Positions 40,220 to 49,591 of a DNA stretch of 64,000 nucleotides are shown here, piece after piece; position 1 is the first letter of the stretch; every line of letters begins with the position of its first letter. A program made the translations under genes and the position numbers. Source of the DNA: Anaeromyxobacteraceae bacterium (lineage in GTDB: Bacteria > Myxococcota > Myxococcia > Myxococcales > Anaeromyxobacteraceae). The notes under the pieces were generated by a model, which saw only the letters and a list, made by a program, of their open reading frames with translations, was not told where the DNA came from and did not search any database. The stretch spans positions 192,001-256,000 of the forward strand of contig JAULAX010000009.1 of the NCBI GenBank assembly GCA_032654565.1, given 5' to 3'.

Positions 40220-42285
40220 CGGCCCCCGTCAGCCGCGGCGGCCGCGCCGAGACGGTGATGGCCTTCGCCGTCCTCGGCATCCTGGCGCTGCTGGTGGTCC
40301 CGGTCTCGCCGACCGCGCTCGACCTGCTGCTGGCGGTCTCCATCAGCATCGCCGTGCTCATGCTCCTCATCTCGCTCGGCCTCAACCGGGCGCTCGAGTT
40401 CTCCGTCTTCCCGTCCCTGCTGCTGATCGTCACCCTGTTCCGGCTGGCCCTCAACGTGGCCACCACCCGGCTCATCCTCACCCGTGGCGCCGAGGGCCCG
40501 GGGGCGGCCGGTCACCTCATCGAGACCTTCGGCCGCTTCGCCGTGGGCGGCAGCCTGGTGGTCGGGCTGGTCATCTTCCTCATCCTCCTGGTGGTGAACT
40601 TCACGGTCATCACCAAGGGCTCCAACCGCGTCTCCGAGGTCGCCGCCCGCTTCGTGCTCGACGCCATGCCGGGCAAGCAGATGGCCATCGACGCCGACCT
40701 GGCGGCCGGCCTGGTGGACGACCGGCAGGCCCGCAGCCGGCGCGAGACGCTGGAGCGCGAGGCCGAGTTCTTCGGCGCCATGGACGGCGCCAGCAAGTTC
40801 GTCCGCGGCGACGCCATGGCCGGCCTGGCCATCACCGCCATCAACCTGCTGGGCGGCCTCGCCATCGGGATCCTCCGGGACCACATGTCGGTGGCCCAGG
40901 CCGCCGAGACCTACAGCCTGCTGACCGTCGGCGACGGGCTGGTCTCCCAGATCCCCGCCCTGCTGGTCTCCACCGGCGCCGGCATCGTGGTGACCCGCTC
41001 GGCCGGCGCCGACCTCGGCACCCAGGTCAGCGCCCAGATCTTCGGCCGCCCCAGCGTCCTCAAGACCACCGCCCTGGTCCTCATCACCCTCGGCTTCCTC
41101 CCCGGCATGCCCCTGCCGGCCTTTGCGGCCCTCGCGGGGATGCTGCTGGTCGCCGCCCGGCGCGGCGAGGCGGCCGCCTCCGAGACCCGGACCAGGCCGG
41201 CCGCCGAGACCGACACCACCAAGGCCCCGGAGCGGGTCCAGGATCTCCTCGCCGTCGAGACCCTCGAGGTGGAGGTGGGCTACGCCCTCCTGCCGCTCAT
41301 CCAGCTGGAGAAGGGGGGCGAGCTGCCCGGGCGTGTCACGGCGCTGCGCCGCCAGATCGCCTCCGACCTGGGGATCGTCCTGCCCTCGGTCCACCTGCGG
41401 GACAACCTGCGGCTCGACGCCAACGCCTACCGGGTGCTGCTCCGCGGCATCGAGATCGGGAAGGGCTCGGCCTGGAGCGATCGTCTCATGGCGCTCGACC
41501 CGGCCGGCGGCACCCCGTCGCTCGACGGGATCAGGGTCCAGGACCCGGCCTTCGGCCTGCCGGCGGTCTGGATCCCCCAGGCCGGGCGCCAGCGCGCCGA
41601 GGCGCTGGGCCTGACGCTGGTCGACGCGCCCTCGGTCCTCACCACCCATCTCTCCGAGCTGCTGCGGCGCAGCGCCCACGAGCTGGTCGGCCGCCAGGAG
41701 GTGCAGGAGCTCCTCGCCGTGTGCGCCAAGGAGGCCCCCAAGCTGGTCGAGGACGCCGTGCCCGGCGCGGTGAGCCTGGGTGACCTGGTGCGGGTGGTCC
41801 GCGGCCTGCTGCGGGAGGGCGTCTCCGTGCGCGACCTGCGCACCGTCCTGGAGGCCGTCGCCGACGCGGCGCCGCGCAGCAAGGAGACCACCTGGCTGGT
41901 CGATTCATCGCGGCGCCGCCTGGCCCGCCAGATCACCGCCCGCGTGGCCGGCCCCGACGGCACGGTCCGGGCCCTGACGCTCGATCGCTCGCTCGAGGAC
42001 GCCCTGCGCTCCAGCCTGGGGACCTCGGACGGCGAGGTGGCGCTGGCCCCCGACGTCGAGACCGCGCGCCGCCTCATCGCCATGCTGGAGTCCTTCGCGT
42101 CCCGGCTGGTCACCGCGGGGCAGCCGGTGGTGCTGCTGGCTCCTCCCGACCTGCGGCGACCGCTCCACGACTTCGCCTCCCGCTTCGTCCGCGAGCTCTG
42201 GGTGATCACGGCCCGCGAGCTCGTCCCCGGCACCACCATCGAACCGGCCGGCGTCGTCCAGATCGCGCTGCCCGCCGCCGCCTGA
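40216..42285 (+). CDS. flhA: Export protein FlhA
   Basis: EVAARFVLDAMPGKQMAIDADL; FFGAMDGASKFVRGDA; TVGDGLVSQIPAL. Confidence 0.96.
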   Translation: MTAPVSRGGRAETVMAFAVLGILALLVVPVSPTALDLLLAVSISIAVLMLLISLGLNRALEFSVFPSLLLIVTLFRLALNVATTRLILTRGAEGPGAAGHLIETFGRFAVGGSLVVGLVIFLILLVVNFTVITKGSNRVSEVAARFVLDAMPGKQMAIDADLAAGLVDDRQARSRRETLEREAEFFGAMDGASKFVRGDAMAGLAITAINLLGGLAIGILRDHMSVAQAAETYSLLTVGDGLVSQIPALLVSTGAGIVVTRSAGADLGTQVSAQIFGRPSVLKTTALVLITLGFLPGMPLPAFAALAGMLLVAARRGEAAASETRTRPAAETDTTKAPERVQDLLAVETLEVEVGYALLPLIQLEKGGELPGRVTALRRQIASDLGIVLPSVHLRDNLRLDANAYRVLLRGIEIGKGSAWSDRLMALDPAGGTPSLDGIRVQDPAFGLPAVWIPQAGRQRAEALGLTLVDAPSVLTTHLSELLRRSAHELVGRQEVQELLAVCAKEAPKLVEDAVPGAVSLGDLVRVVRGLLREGVSVRDLRTVLEAVADAAPRSKETTWLVDSSRRRLARQITARVAGPDGTVRALTLDRSLEDALRSSLGTSDGEVALAPDVETARRLIAMLESFASRLVTAGQPVVLLAPPDLRRPLHDFASRFVRELWVITARELVPGTTIEPAGVVQIALPAAA

Positions 42286-42317
42286 ACCCCGACCTGCTCA
42301 AAGGAGATCCCACCACC

Positions 42318-43472
42318 ATGAACTCCAACGTCCAGACCTTCCGCGGCGCCGACTCCGCGGCCGCGCTCAGCGCCGCCCGGAAGGCGCTCGGCCCGGATGC
42401 GGTGGTGCTCGACACCCGCTCCGTCCCCGGGTCCTTGCTCCGGGGGCCGCAGGTCGAGGTGGTGGTCGGCGTCGGCCTGGGCGGCGCGCCCTCTCCGTCG
42501 GGCCAGCCACCTCACCGGTCGACCCCGCCACAGGCCCGGCCTGCCCCGGCCGCGCCCCGGCCTCCCCGCCCGGCCGACCAGGAGCTCTCCTCGGAGATGC
42601 GCGGCCTGCTGCGGGAGATCGGCGAGGTCCGTGCCTCGCTCGGCGGCTTGGTCCGCGGCGGCCGGGCCGCCCGCGAGCTGGAGCTGCCGCCGGCGGCCGC
42701 CGAGACCTACGCCCGGCTGATCACGCGCGGCGTGGAGCCGTACTACGCCGAGGAGCTGGTTCGCCAGGTCCTGGCCGCGAACCCGCTGGCCGGCGTGGCC
42801 CAGGGCGTCCATGACCTGGTGGAGAGCTTCATGCTCCCCTGCCGGGCTCCCTGGCTCCACGACCAGCGGCAGGTGGTGGCCCTGGTGGGCCCGACCGGCG
42901 TCGGCAAGACCACCACCCTGGCCAAGATCGCGGCGCGGGCCATCCTCGAGACCCGCAAGAAGGTGGCCCTCCTGACGGTCGACGTCTACCGGATCGGCGC
43001 GCAGGAGCAGCTGTCCCGGTACGGGGAGATCATGAACGTCCCGGTGCTGGTGGCGCGCGACCGCGCCGAGCTGGGGCGGGCGGCCGAGCGGGTGCGAGAC
43101 GCCGACCTGGTGCTGGTCGACACCGCCGGACGGTCGACGAACCAGGACCTGGAGCGACAGGCCGAGCTGGTCCGCTCCCTGCCGGGCGTGATCCTCCACC
43201 TGGTGGTGAGCGCGGCGGCCGGCCACCAGCAGCTCGCCGCGGTCGCCGAGGCCTATGGCTCGCTGCGCCCCGACCGGGTGGTCTTCACCAAGGTCGACGA
43301 GGCGGCCGGGCCGGGCGCCCTCCTCTCCCTGGCCATGCGCCTGCGCCGCCCGGTGGCCTGCCTCACCAACGGCCAGAGCGTCCCCGAGGACCTCCACGCC
43401 ACCGACGGGCGGCAGCTCGCCGACCTGATCGCCGGCCCCGTCGAAGGCCCACCCGCAGCCCGTCGTCGCTGA
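42318..43472 (+). CDS. flhF: SRP-family GTPase FlhF
   Basis: GPTGVGKTTT, DVYRIGA, DTAGRS, TKVDE, GQSVPED. Confidence 0.95.
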   Translation: MNSNVQTFRGADSAAALSAARKALGPDAVVLDTRSVPGSLLRGPQVEVVVGVGLGGAPSPSGQPPHRSTPPQARPAPAAPRPPRPADQELSSEMRGLLREIGEVRASLGGLVRGGRAARELELPPAAAETYARLITRGVEPYYAEELVRQVLAANPLAGVAQGVHDLVESFMLPCRAPWLHDQRQVVALVGPTGVGKTTTLAKIAARAILETRKKVALLTVDVYRIGAQEQLSRYGEIMNVPVLVARDRAELGRAAERVRDADLVLVDTAGRSTNQDLERQAELVRSLPGVILHLVVSAAAGHQQLAAVAEAYGSLRPDRVVFTKVDEAAGPGALLSLAMRLRRPVACLTNGQSVPEDLHATDGRQLADLIAGPVEGPPAARRR

Positions 43473-43484
43473 CAGGAGCCTCTC

Positions 43485-44354
43485 GTGGACCAGGCAGAAA
43501 CGCTCCGAGACCTCCTGGGACGCCCCGCCGGCCCGTGCGGCCTGATGCGGGTGGTGGCCGTGACCAGCGGCAAGGGCGGCGTCGGCAAGACCAACGTCTC
43601 GGTCAACCTGGCCGCGTCGGCCGCCCTGCTGGGCCAGCGCGTGCTCCTCATCGACGCCGACCTCGGCCTGGCCAACTCGCACATCCTCCTGGGCGCCACG
43701 CCGCGCTACCACCTCGGCCAGGTGCTCGACGGCACGGTGGGGCTCGACGACGCCCTCGAGCCGGGGCCCCACGGCATCCGCGTGCTCTCCGCCTCCAGCG
43801 GCGAGCAGGAGCTGACCAGGCTGAGCGACGCCCAGAAGCACCACCTCCTGGCGTCGCTGGATCCCCTCGACGACCGCTTCGACCTGGTGATCGTCGACTG
43901 CGGCGCGGGCATCGGCGACAACGTGGTCTTCTTCGCCGGGGCCGCCCAGATGACGCTCCTGGTGGTCACGCCCGAGCCGACCTCGCTGACCGACGCCTAC
44001 GCGGCGGTGAAGGTGCTCTCGCAGCGGGGCGGGGTCCGTCACTTCACGGTGGTGGTGAACTGGGCCGTCGACGATCGCCAGGGGCGCGACGTCTTCCAGA
44101 AGCTGGTGCGGGTCACCGATCTCTTCCTCCAGGCCAAGATGAGCTACGGCGGCAGCGTGCCCCGCGACGAGAACGTGCAGCGCGCGGTGATGGCGCAGCA
44201 GCCCATCGTCGACCTCTACCCCCAGTCACCGGCCAGCCGGTCGCTGGGCACCATGGCCCGCGCCCTCCTGGCCTGGACCCCTCCCCCGACCGTGGACGGC
44301 GGCCTGAAGCTGATGTGGCAGCGGATGCTTCGGGACCAGCGTTCCACGGCCTGA
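43485..44354 (+). CDS. flhG: MinD-like ATPase FlhG/FleN
   Basis: MDQAETLR N-terminus; SGKGGVGKT; DADLGLAN; PEPTSLTDAYA. Confidence 0.93.
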   Translation: MDQAETLRDLLGRPAGPCGLMRVVAVTSGKGGVGKTNVSVNLAASAALLGQRVLLIDADLGLANSHILLGATPRYHLGQVLDGTVGLDDALEPGPHGIRVLSASSGEQELTRLSDAQKHHLLASLDPLDDRFDLVIVDCGAGIGDNVVFFAGAAQMTLLVVTPEPTSLTDAYAAVKVLSQRGGVRHFTVVVNWAVDDRQGRDVFQKLVRVTDLFLQAKMSYGGSVPRDENVQRAVMAQQPIVDLYPQSPASRSLGTMARALLAWTPPPTVDGGLKLMWQRMLRDQRSTA

Positions 44355-44368
44355 TCGAGGTGGAGAAC

Positions 44369-45055
44369 ATGACCGGCGCTCACGCACGCTACATCCCGAG
44401 CCCAGAAGACAGCGAGGCGGCGATCCTGAAGCGCCACGGGTCGCTGGTGGACCGCATCGCCCGCCGCTACGCCACGCGCTCCGGCCACGCCGTCTCGGCC
44501 GACGACCTCTGGTCGGCCGGGGCCCTGGGGCTCATCGACGCCGCCCGTCGCTTCGACCCGGCCCGCGACATCCGCTTCGAGACCTTCGCCGAGCACCGGG
44601 TCCGCGGCGCCATCGTCGACGAGCTGCGGAGGATGGACCACCTGCCGCGGCGGCTGCGCGGAGAGGTGGAGCGGGTGATGAAGGCCCGCGCCAAGCTGGC
44701 GCAGAGCCTGGGCCGCGAGCCGGGCACCGACGAGGTCGCCGATGCGGTGGGGCTCGAGGCCGAGGAGACCGAGGGGCTCTTCGCGCTCTCCATGCCCCAG
44801 CTCCAGCTCCTGCCCGACCTGCCGGACCAGCTGGAGGCGCCCGTCGACCGCCTCGAGCAGGAGGAGATCCGGACCCGGCTCGCCGATGCCGTGGCCCGCC
44901 TCCCCGACCGGCTCCGCACCTTGCTCGGCCTCCACTACCAGGAGGAGCTCACCTATCGGGAGATCGCTCGGATCATGGACATCTCCCAGCCGCGCGTGTG
45001 CCAGCTCCACGCCGAGGCGGTCGCCCAGCTGAAGAAGCTCCTGGCGACGCGCTGA
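44369..45055 (+). CDS. fliA: Flagellar sigma factor FliA (sigma28)
   Basis: GLIDAARRFD, FETFAEHRVRGAIVDELRRMD, YQEELTYREI, RVCQLH. Confidence 0.93.
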   Translation: MTGAHARYIPSPEDSEAAILKRHGSLVDRIARRYATRSGHAVSADDLWSAGALGLIDAARRFDPARDIRFETFAEHRVRGAIVDELRRMDHLPRRLRGEVERVMKARAKLAQSLGREPGTDEVADAVGLEAEETEGLFALSMPQLQLLPDLPDQLEAPVDRLEQEEIRTRLADAVARLPDRLRTLLGLHYQEELTYREIARIMDISQPRVCQLHAEAVAQLKKLLATR

Positions 45056-45067
45056 TCCTGCGCCAGG

Positions 45068-46630
45068 TCAGAGCGCGCCCACCCAGCGGGACAGTCCAGG
45101 GCAGGCCCGCTCGGCGGTCGGCGAGGCGAGCCGCTCGAGGAGGTCGCCCTGCCCGGAGGCCCGGAGCCTCGCCGCCACGCTTCGCAGGCGGTCGAGGTCC
45201 ACGGGCGCGCCGCGATCGACCGGGGCCACGGCGCGATCCTCCAGCAGCGCCTCGAGCAGGGCGGCGAAGTCCGGCGGCGGGTCGCCGGCCAGCGCCCTGG
45301 CGCGCGCGGCGCGGTGGGGTGCGATCAGCCCGGTCCCCAGGCGGCGTGCCGCGGCCGCCAGGAGCTCGCGGGCCCCGGGAGCGTCGCCCGCCGCGGTGGC
45401 CGCCGCGGCCGCCAGGATCCAGCCGTCCGGCCTTGGCCCGAGCAGCGGCTCGACGGCCTGCAGCGCACCGCGCGGGTCGCCGGCGTCGAGCCGCGCCTCC
45501 ACCGCGCCGAGCCGCGCCTCCGTCGGATCCGGCGCCTCCGCCGCCGCCGCCTCGAACTCGGCCCGGGCCGCGATCGGCTCGCCGAGGCGCAGCAGGGCGG
45601 TCCCGAGGCGGACCCGCGCCGCCCAGCCCGCCGAACCCTGGACCAGCTGCCGGGCGTCCTCGGCGGGCCGGGGGGCCACCGCCCCCCGGTAGCAGGCCAC
45701 CGCCGCGCCGAGGCGATCGCGCGACGGCCGCCCGGCCAGCCGCAGCGAGTCGAGCTCCAGGGCGCAGCCCTGCAGGTAGCCCAGGTCGCTGGTCGATCCC
45801 TCGAGCCGTGCGGCCGTCTCGGCCGTCTCCTGGACCCTGGAGGTCTCTCCCAGGATGCTCGCCGCCTGGGCCCGCACCACGGCGAGCAGGTGGATGGAGC
45901 GCCAGGCCGGCTGCCGTCCCAGGAGGCCCCAGCCCCGCTCCGCCACCGCGGCCGCCTCGGCGACGCGCCCGCCCTCGAGGAGCTCGGCCGCGAGGAGCGC
46001 CAGGGGGGTCAGCGACTCCGGCTCCAGCGCGCAGCGGCGCTCCAGCAGCCTGAGGTTCCGCTCCGACTTCCCCCGCGCCACCCGCAGCTCGGGGATGGCA
46101 CCGAGGTGGATGATGTCGGCCGCGACGTCGATCGCCAGGGCGCCGCGCTCGGCGAGCCACTCGTCGACGGTCTCGTGCACCACGCCCCGGTAGCGCAGCC
46201 CGGGCCGGCGGCGGAAGAGCCGCGGCAAGCGCAGCGGATCGCCCCGCCTGGCCAGCCCGGAGAGGACCTCGGCCGCGCTGGCGTCCTCCCGGGCGGCGTC
46301 GTGGAGCCGCACCATGCCCAGGTCGGCCTTGCTCCGCATGGCCGCACGCAGCCCCGCCGCGGCGCCCGGGGCCAACCGCTCGTCGGCGTCGAGCTGCAGC
46401 ACCCAGTCGCCGCGGGCGCACTCCAGCGCCAGGTTCCTCGGCGCCGAGAAGTCGTCGGCCCACGGCAGCCGCTCCAGGCGAGCGCCGCTGCGCTCGGCGA
46501 TGGAGGGCGTCGCGTCGGTGGAGCCGGTGTCGACGATCACCACCTCGTCGACCACGCCGGCCACGGAGGCCAGGCAGCCCGGCAGGAACCGCGCCTCGTC
46601 CTTCACGATCATGCAGAGGGAGAGGCGCAT
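45068..46630 (-). CDS. GT2 glycosyltransferase with C-terminal TPRs (candidate flagellin glycosyltransferase)
   Basis: LSLCMIVKDE, VDTGSTD, DDFSAPRN, LDADE, YRGVVHE. Confidence 0.88.
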   Translation of the reverse strand: MRLSLCMIVKDEARFLPGCLASVAGVVDEVVIVDTGSTDATPSIAERSGARLERLPWADDFSAPRNLALECARGDWVLQLDADERLAPGAAAGLRAAMRSKADLGMVRLHDAAREDASAAEVLSGLARRGDPLRLPRLFRRRPGLRYRGVVHETVDEWLAERGALAIDVAADIIHLGAIPELRVARGKSERNLRLLERRCALEPESLTPLALLAAELLEGGRVAEAAAVAERGWGLLGRQPAWRSIHLLAVVRAQAASILGETSRVQETAETAARLEGSTSDLGYLQGCALELDSLRLAGRPSRDRLGAAVACYRGAVAPRPAEDARQLVQGSAGWAARVRLGTALLRLGEPIAARAEFEAAAAEAPDPTEARLGAVEARLDAGDPRGALQAVEPLLGPRPDGWILAAAAATAAGDAPGARELLAAAARRLGTGLIAPHRAARARALAGDPPPDFAALLEALLEDRAVAPVDRGAPVDLDRLRSVAARLRASGQGDLLERLASPTAERACPGLSRWVGAL

Positions 46631-46634
46631 CCCG

Positions 46635-48044
46635 TCATCCGGTGGGAGGCGGTGGCGGTCCGGGGGCCGGGCGGGCCCGCGCCTCCAGCAGCGCCAGGTG
46701 TCGCTCGGCCCGGTGCGAGGCCACGAAGCCGGCCCCGACCCGCTCGGCCGCCCGATCGAGGAGGACCGCGGCGTCCCGGGAGGCACCGAGCGCGGTGGCG
46801 GCGGCGGCGGCCAGCACCCAGCCGTCCGGGACGTCCCCATGAAGGCGGAGCACCGGCTCCAGCCTGGACAGGGAACGCCCGGGATCGGCCGTCTCGAGGA
46901 GGGCCTCGGCCTCTCCGAGCAGCGCCTCGCGGCTTCCGGGCTCATCCTGGAGCGCAGCGCGGAAGAGCGTGAGCGCCTCGGCGGCGCGGCCGAGCTGGAG
47001 CTGGACGGTCCCGAGCCGGATCCGCGCGAACCAGCCGCCCGACCCGCCGATGCAGACCCGCTCCTGCCTGGTGGGCTCGGTCGACAGGGCCTGGCGATAG
47101 CCCTCCGCGGCGGCCTCGAGCCGGTCCGCCCGCTCCCGGCCGGTGTGGGGGTGCGCCGACAGCTCGCGGGCCAGGCCACGGAGCAGCGCGCTGTCGCTGC
47201 GCAGCCCTTCCCGGCCGATCAGCACCTCCAGCGTCTCCGACATCCCGGCGTGGTCTCCACGTCGCGCCTGGCAGAGCGCCCTGGCGACGCCGAGCAGGTG
47301 CGCCGAGCGATGTGGCGGCTGCCGGCCCAGGACCTTCCAGCCCGCCTCGGCGGCCGCCCTGGCCTCGACGATCCGCCCCGCCTCCCAGTGCTCCATGGCC
47401 AGGAAGCCGAAGGGGGTGATGGAGCCCGGCTCCTCGAGGCAGCGCCGCTCCAGCAGCGCCGTGTTGCGCGCCCGCTTCCCGAGCGTGGCGCGCCGCTCCG
47501 GGACCGCGCCGAGGTGGACCAGGTCGGCGCCGATCACGTCGAGGCGCATCCCCCGCCCGGCCAGCCAGGCCTCGACGCTCTCGTGGACGATCCCCCGGTA
47601 GGCGAGGTCGGGGGTGCGCCGCATCAACCTCGGCACCACCGAGGGAGCGCCGATCCGCTCCGTCCCTGCCACCACCTCCAGCAGCGGCGCGTCGACGCGC
47701 CGGGCATCGTGGAGTCGGAGCATGCCGAGATCGAGGTCCTCCCGGGCCATGGCGGCGCGGAGCCCGCCGGCGGATCCGGGGGCCAGCCGCTCGTCGGCGT
47801 CCAGCTGCAGGACCCAGTCGCCGGTGGCGTGGCGCAGCGCCTCGTTGCGCGGGGCCGCGAAGTCGTCGTCCCAGGGGCGGTCCACCACCAGGGCCCCGGC
47901 GCGGCGCGCCACCTCGCGGGTCCCGTCCACCGACCCGGTGTCGACCACGATGAGCTCGTCGACCACGCCGGCCACCGACGCCAGGCAGGCGGGGAGCAGC
48001 TCCTCCTCGTCGCGGACGATCATGCAGAGCGAGAGCCGGGCCAT
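46635..48044 (-). CDS. GT2 glycosyltransferase with C-terminal TPRs (tandem paralog)
   Basis: LSLCMIVRDE, VDTGSVD, DDFAAPRN, LDADE, YRGIVHE. Confidence 0.88.
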   Translation of the reverse strand: MARLSLCMIVRDEEELLPACLASVAGVVDELIVVDTGSVDGTREVARRAGALVVDRPWDDDFAAPRNEALRHATGDWVLQLDADERLAPGSAGGLRAAMAREDLDLGMLRLHDARRVDAPLLEVVAGTERIGAPSVVPRLMRRTPDLAYRGIVHESVEAWLAGRGMRLDVIGADLVHLGAVPERRATLGKRARNTALLERRCLEEPGSITPFGFLAMEHWEAGRIVEARAAAEAGWKVLGRQPPHRSAHLLGVARALCQARRGDHAGMSETLEVLIGREGLRSDSALLRGLARELSAHPHTGRERADRLEAAAEGYRQALSTEPTRQERVCIGGSGGWFARIRLGTVQLQLGRAAEALTLFRAALQDEPGSREALLGEAEALLETADPGRSLSRLEPVLRLHGDVPDGWVLAAAAATALGASRDAAVLLDRAAERVGAGFVASHRAERHLALLEARARPAPGPPPPPTG

Positions 48045-48056
48045 CCCCGATGGACT

Positions 48057-48072
48057 AGCAACAGTGATGCCG
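48057..48072 (-). promoter_or_regulatory. sigma54 promoter of the GT2-TPR pair
   Basis: Minus strand CGGCATCACTGTTGCT; a GTCAGCCGCCTGAC box lies upstream at 48189-48202. Confidence 0.75.
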
Positions 48073-48189
48073 ACGGCGGCCGGGCCCCTCCTGGCCGGCC
48101 AGCCCCTCCCCGGGTCCCCCGGGGGCCCCGCCTGGGGGCCACCGAGACGCCGGAACCCTGACGCATCGCCAGCGAACCTGCCGCGAGCG

Positions 48190-48624
48190 TCAGCCGCCTG
48201 ACACCCGCACCCGCTCGAACCCGATGGTCCCCAGCTCGTCGAGCCGCTTCAGCTCCAGCCTGGCCTTCACCCTGTCCTGCTCGTCACGCTTCCGATCGGC
48301 GATGCGGCGCACCGATTCGGCGTCGCGGTGGGCCTTGCCGTACCCATCCCGGGCGACGGCTTCGCCGGCGGCGGCCCGCGAGACGTCGAGGCGGGCGCTG
48401 CTGGCGACCTGGAGGGCACGCCGGTGGGCCGCCTCCTCGACCACCCAGAAGGCCGAGTCGTCCTGGTCGCGGTAGTCGGCACGTGAGTCCCTGATGGCGC
48501 CCGCGAGCCGATCCTGGGCGAGGCCGAGGACCTGCCGGGCCGTCGCCAGCAGGTTGAGCGCGCCATCTTCGGTGCGTTGGCGGAGCCAGACGACGCGGTC
48601 GAGTCGGGTCTTGGAAGCGGCCAT
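48190..48624 (-). CDS. fliJ: FliJ-like export chaperone
   Basis: 144-aa coiled coil; RLDRVVWLRQRTED N-terminus and ELKRLDELG C-terminus as in FliJ; GAGG RBS; no fliJ follows fliI. Confidence 0.75.
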   Translation of the reverse strand: MAASKTRLDRVVWLRQRTEDGALNLLATARQVLGLAQDRLAGAIRDSRADYRDQDDSAFWVVEEAAHRRALQVASSARLDVSRAAAGEAVARDGYGKAHRDAESVRRIADRKRDEQDRVKARLELKRLDELGTIGFERVRVSGG

Positions 48625-48761
48625 GTCGAGCCTCTCGTCACGTTCGGCCGGAGCGAATACCCGGCACGTCCTGCCGCTCACCCGGAAGATCCTGCCGGGT
48701 CTCCTCCCCCCCCCGGCGCGCGACGCCGGAGAGGAGGGGCCCAGCCCCAGCGAAGGACCGT

Positions 48762-48800
48762 TGCAATTCGTGCGCCTCGCGATCTGGCCCGGGGCTTGCT
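48762..48800. promoter_or_regulatory. Back-to-back divergent sigma54 promoters (fliJ and flgF operon)
   Basis: Minus strand AGGCGCACGAATTGCA (48762-48777); plus strand TGGCCCGGGGCTTGCT (48785-48800). Confidence 0.7.
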
Positions 48801-48833
48801 CATGTCCCCAAGCGAGTCACGGGAGGAATCACC

Positions 48834-49574
48834 ATGGCGGACGGGATCTACGTGAGCATGTGCGGCGCCGTCGCACGCACCGAGCAGCTCGAGTCGGTGG
48901 CCGACAACCTGGCCAACCTCCAGACCCGTGGGTTCAAGGCGTCCCGCCCCTCCTTCGAGACCTTCCTTCCGGCGGCCGGCACGTACGACAAGGCCTACCC
49001 GGCCGCGACGGCGGCCGTGGTCGACCTCCGGCCCGGTCCCGTCTCCACGACCGGCAACGCGCTCGACGTGGTTCCGCAGGACGGCGCCTACCTCGCCGTA
49101 CATGGCCCCGGTGGCCTGGTGAACTTCACCCGCGACGGTCACCTCGGGCTCGACGAGACCCGGCGCCTGGTCGTCGGAGGCCGCCCGGTGCTCGGCCGCG
49201 GCGGGCAGCCCATCACCGTGCCGAGCGGCTACGTGCCGGAGATCCTTCCCAACGGGACCGTGCGCGGCGTCCTCTCGGGGACCGGGGACCGGAACGGCCT
49301 GCCCGAGGAGATGGTGCTGGGCGAGCTCGCCACCTTCCGGCTGGGCGGGGCCGTCGAGCGGACGGGACCAGCCATGCTCCGGCCCGGTGCGGGCGGAGGG
49401 GTCTCCGAGCTCCAGGAGACCAGGCTCAGGATCGGCGAGATCGAGCTCGGCAACGCCTCGCCGCTGGAGACCACGGTGCTGATGATCAGCGCCCAGCGGA
49501 ACTTCGACGCGTCGATGCAGGCGCTGCAGACCTACCGCTCCATGAATGGCGCCGAGCTCGGCCGCACCCGCTGA
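48834..49574 (+). CDS. flgF: Rod protein FlgF
   Basis: ADNLANLQTRGFK; TGNALDV; FTRDG; lies upstream of flgG. Confidence 0.9.
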   Translation: MADGIYVSMCGAVARTEQLESVADNLANLQTRGFKASRPSFETFLPAAGTYDKAYPAATAAVVDLRPGPVSTTGNALDVVPQDGAYLAVHGPGGLVNFTRDGHLGLDETRRLVVGGRPVLGRGGQPITVPSGYVPEILPNGTVRGVLSGTGDRNGLPEEMVLGELATFRLGGAVERTGPAMLRPGAGGGVSELQETRLRIGEIELGNASPLETTVLMISAQRNFDASMQALQTYRSMNGAELGRTR

Positions 49575-49591
49575 TCACAAGGAGACGCACC

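Noticed and set aside
22245..42285. Injectisome (non-flagellar T3SS) interpretation of the export genes
   Set aside because: Rod, hook, L/P ring, stator, flagellin and cap genes are all present, and no secretin or translocon is seen.
44998..46053. Pro/Arg-rich 351-aa plus-strand ORF
   Set aside because: Antisense shadow of the GT2-TPR gene.
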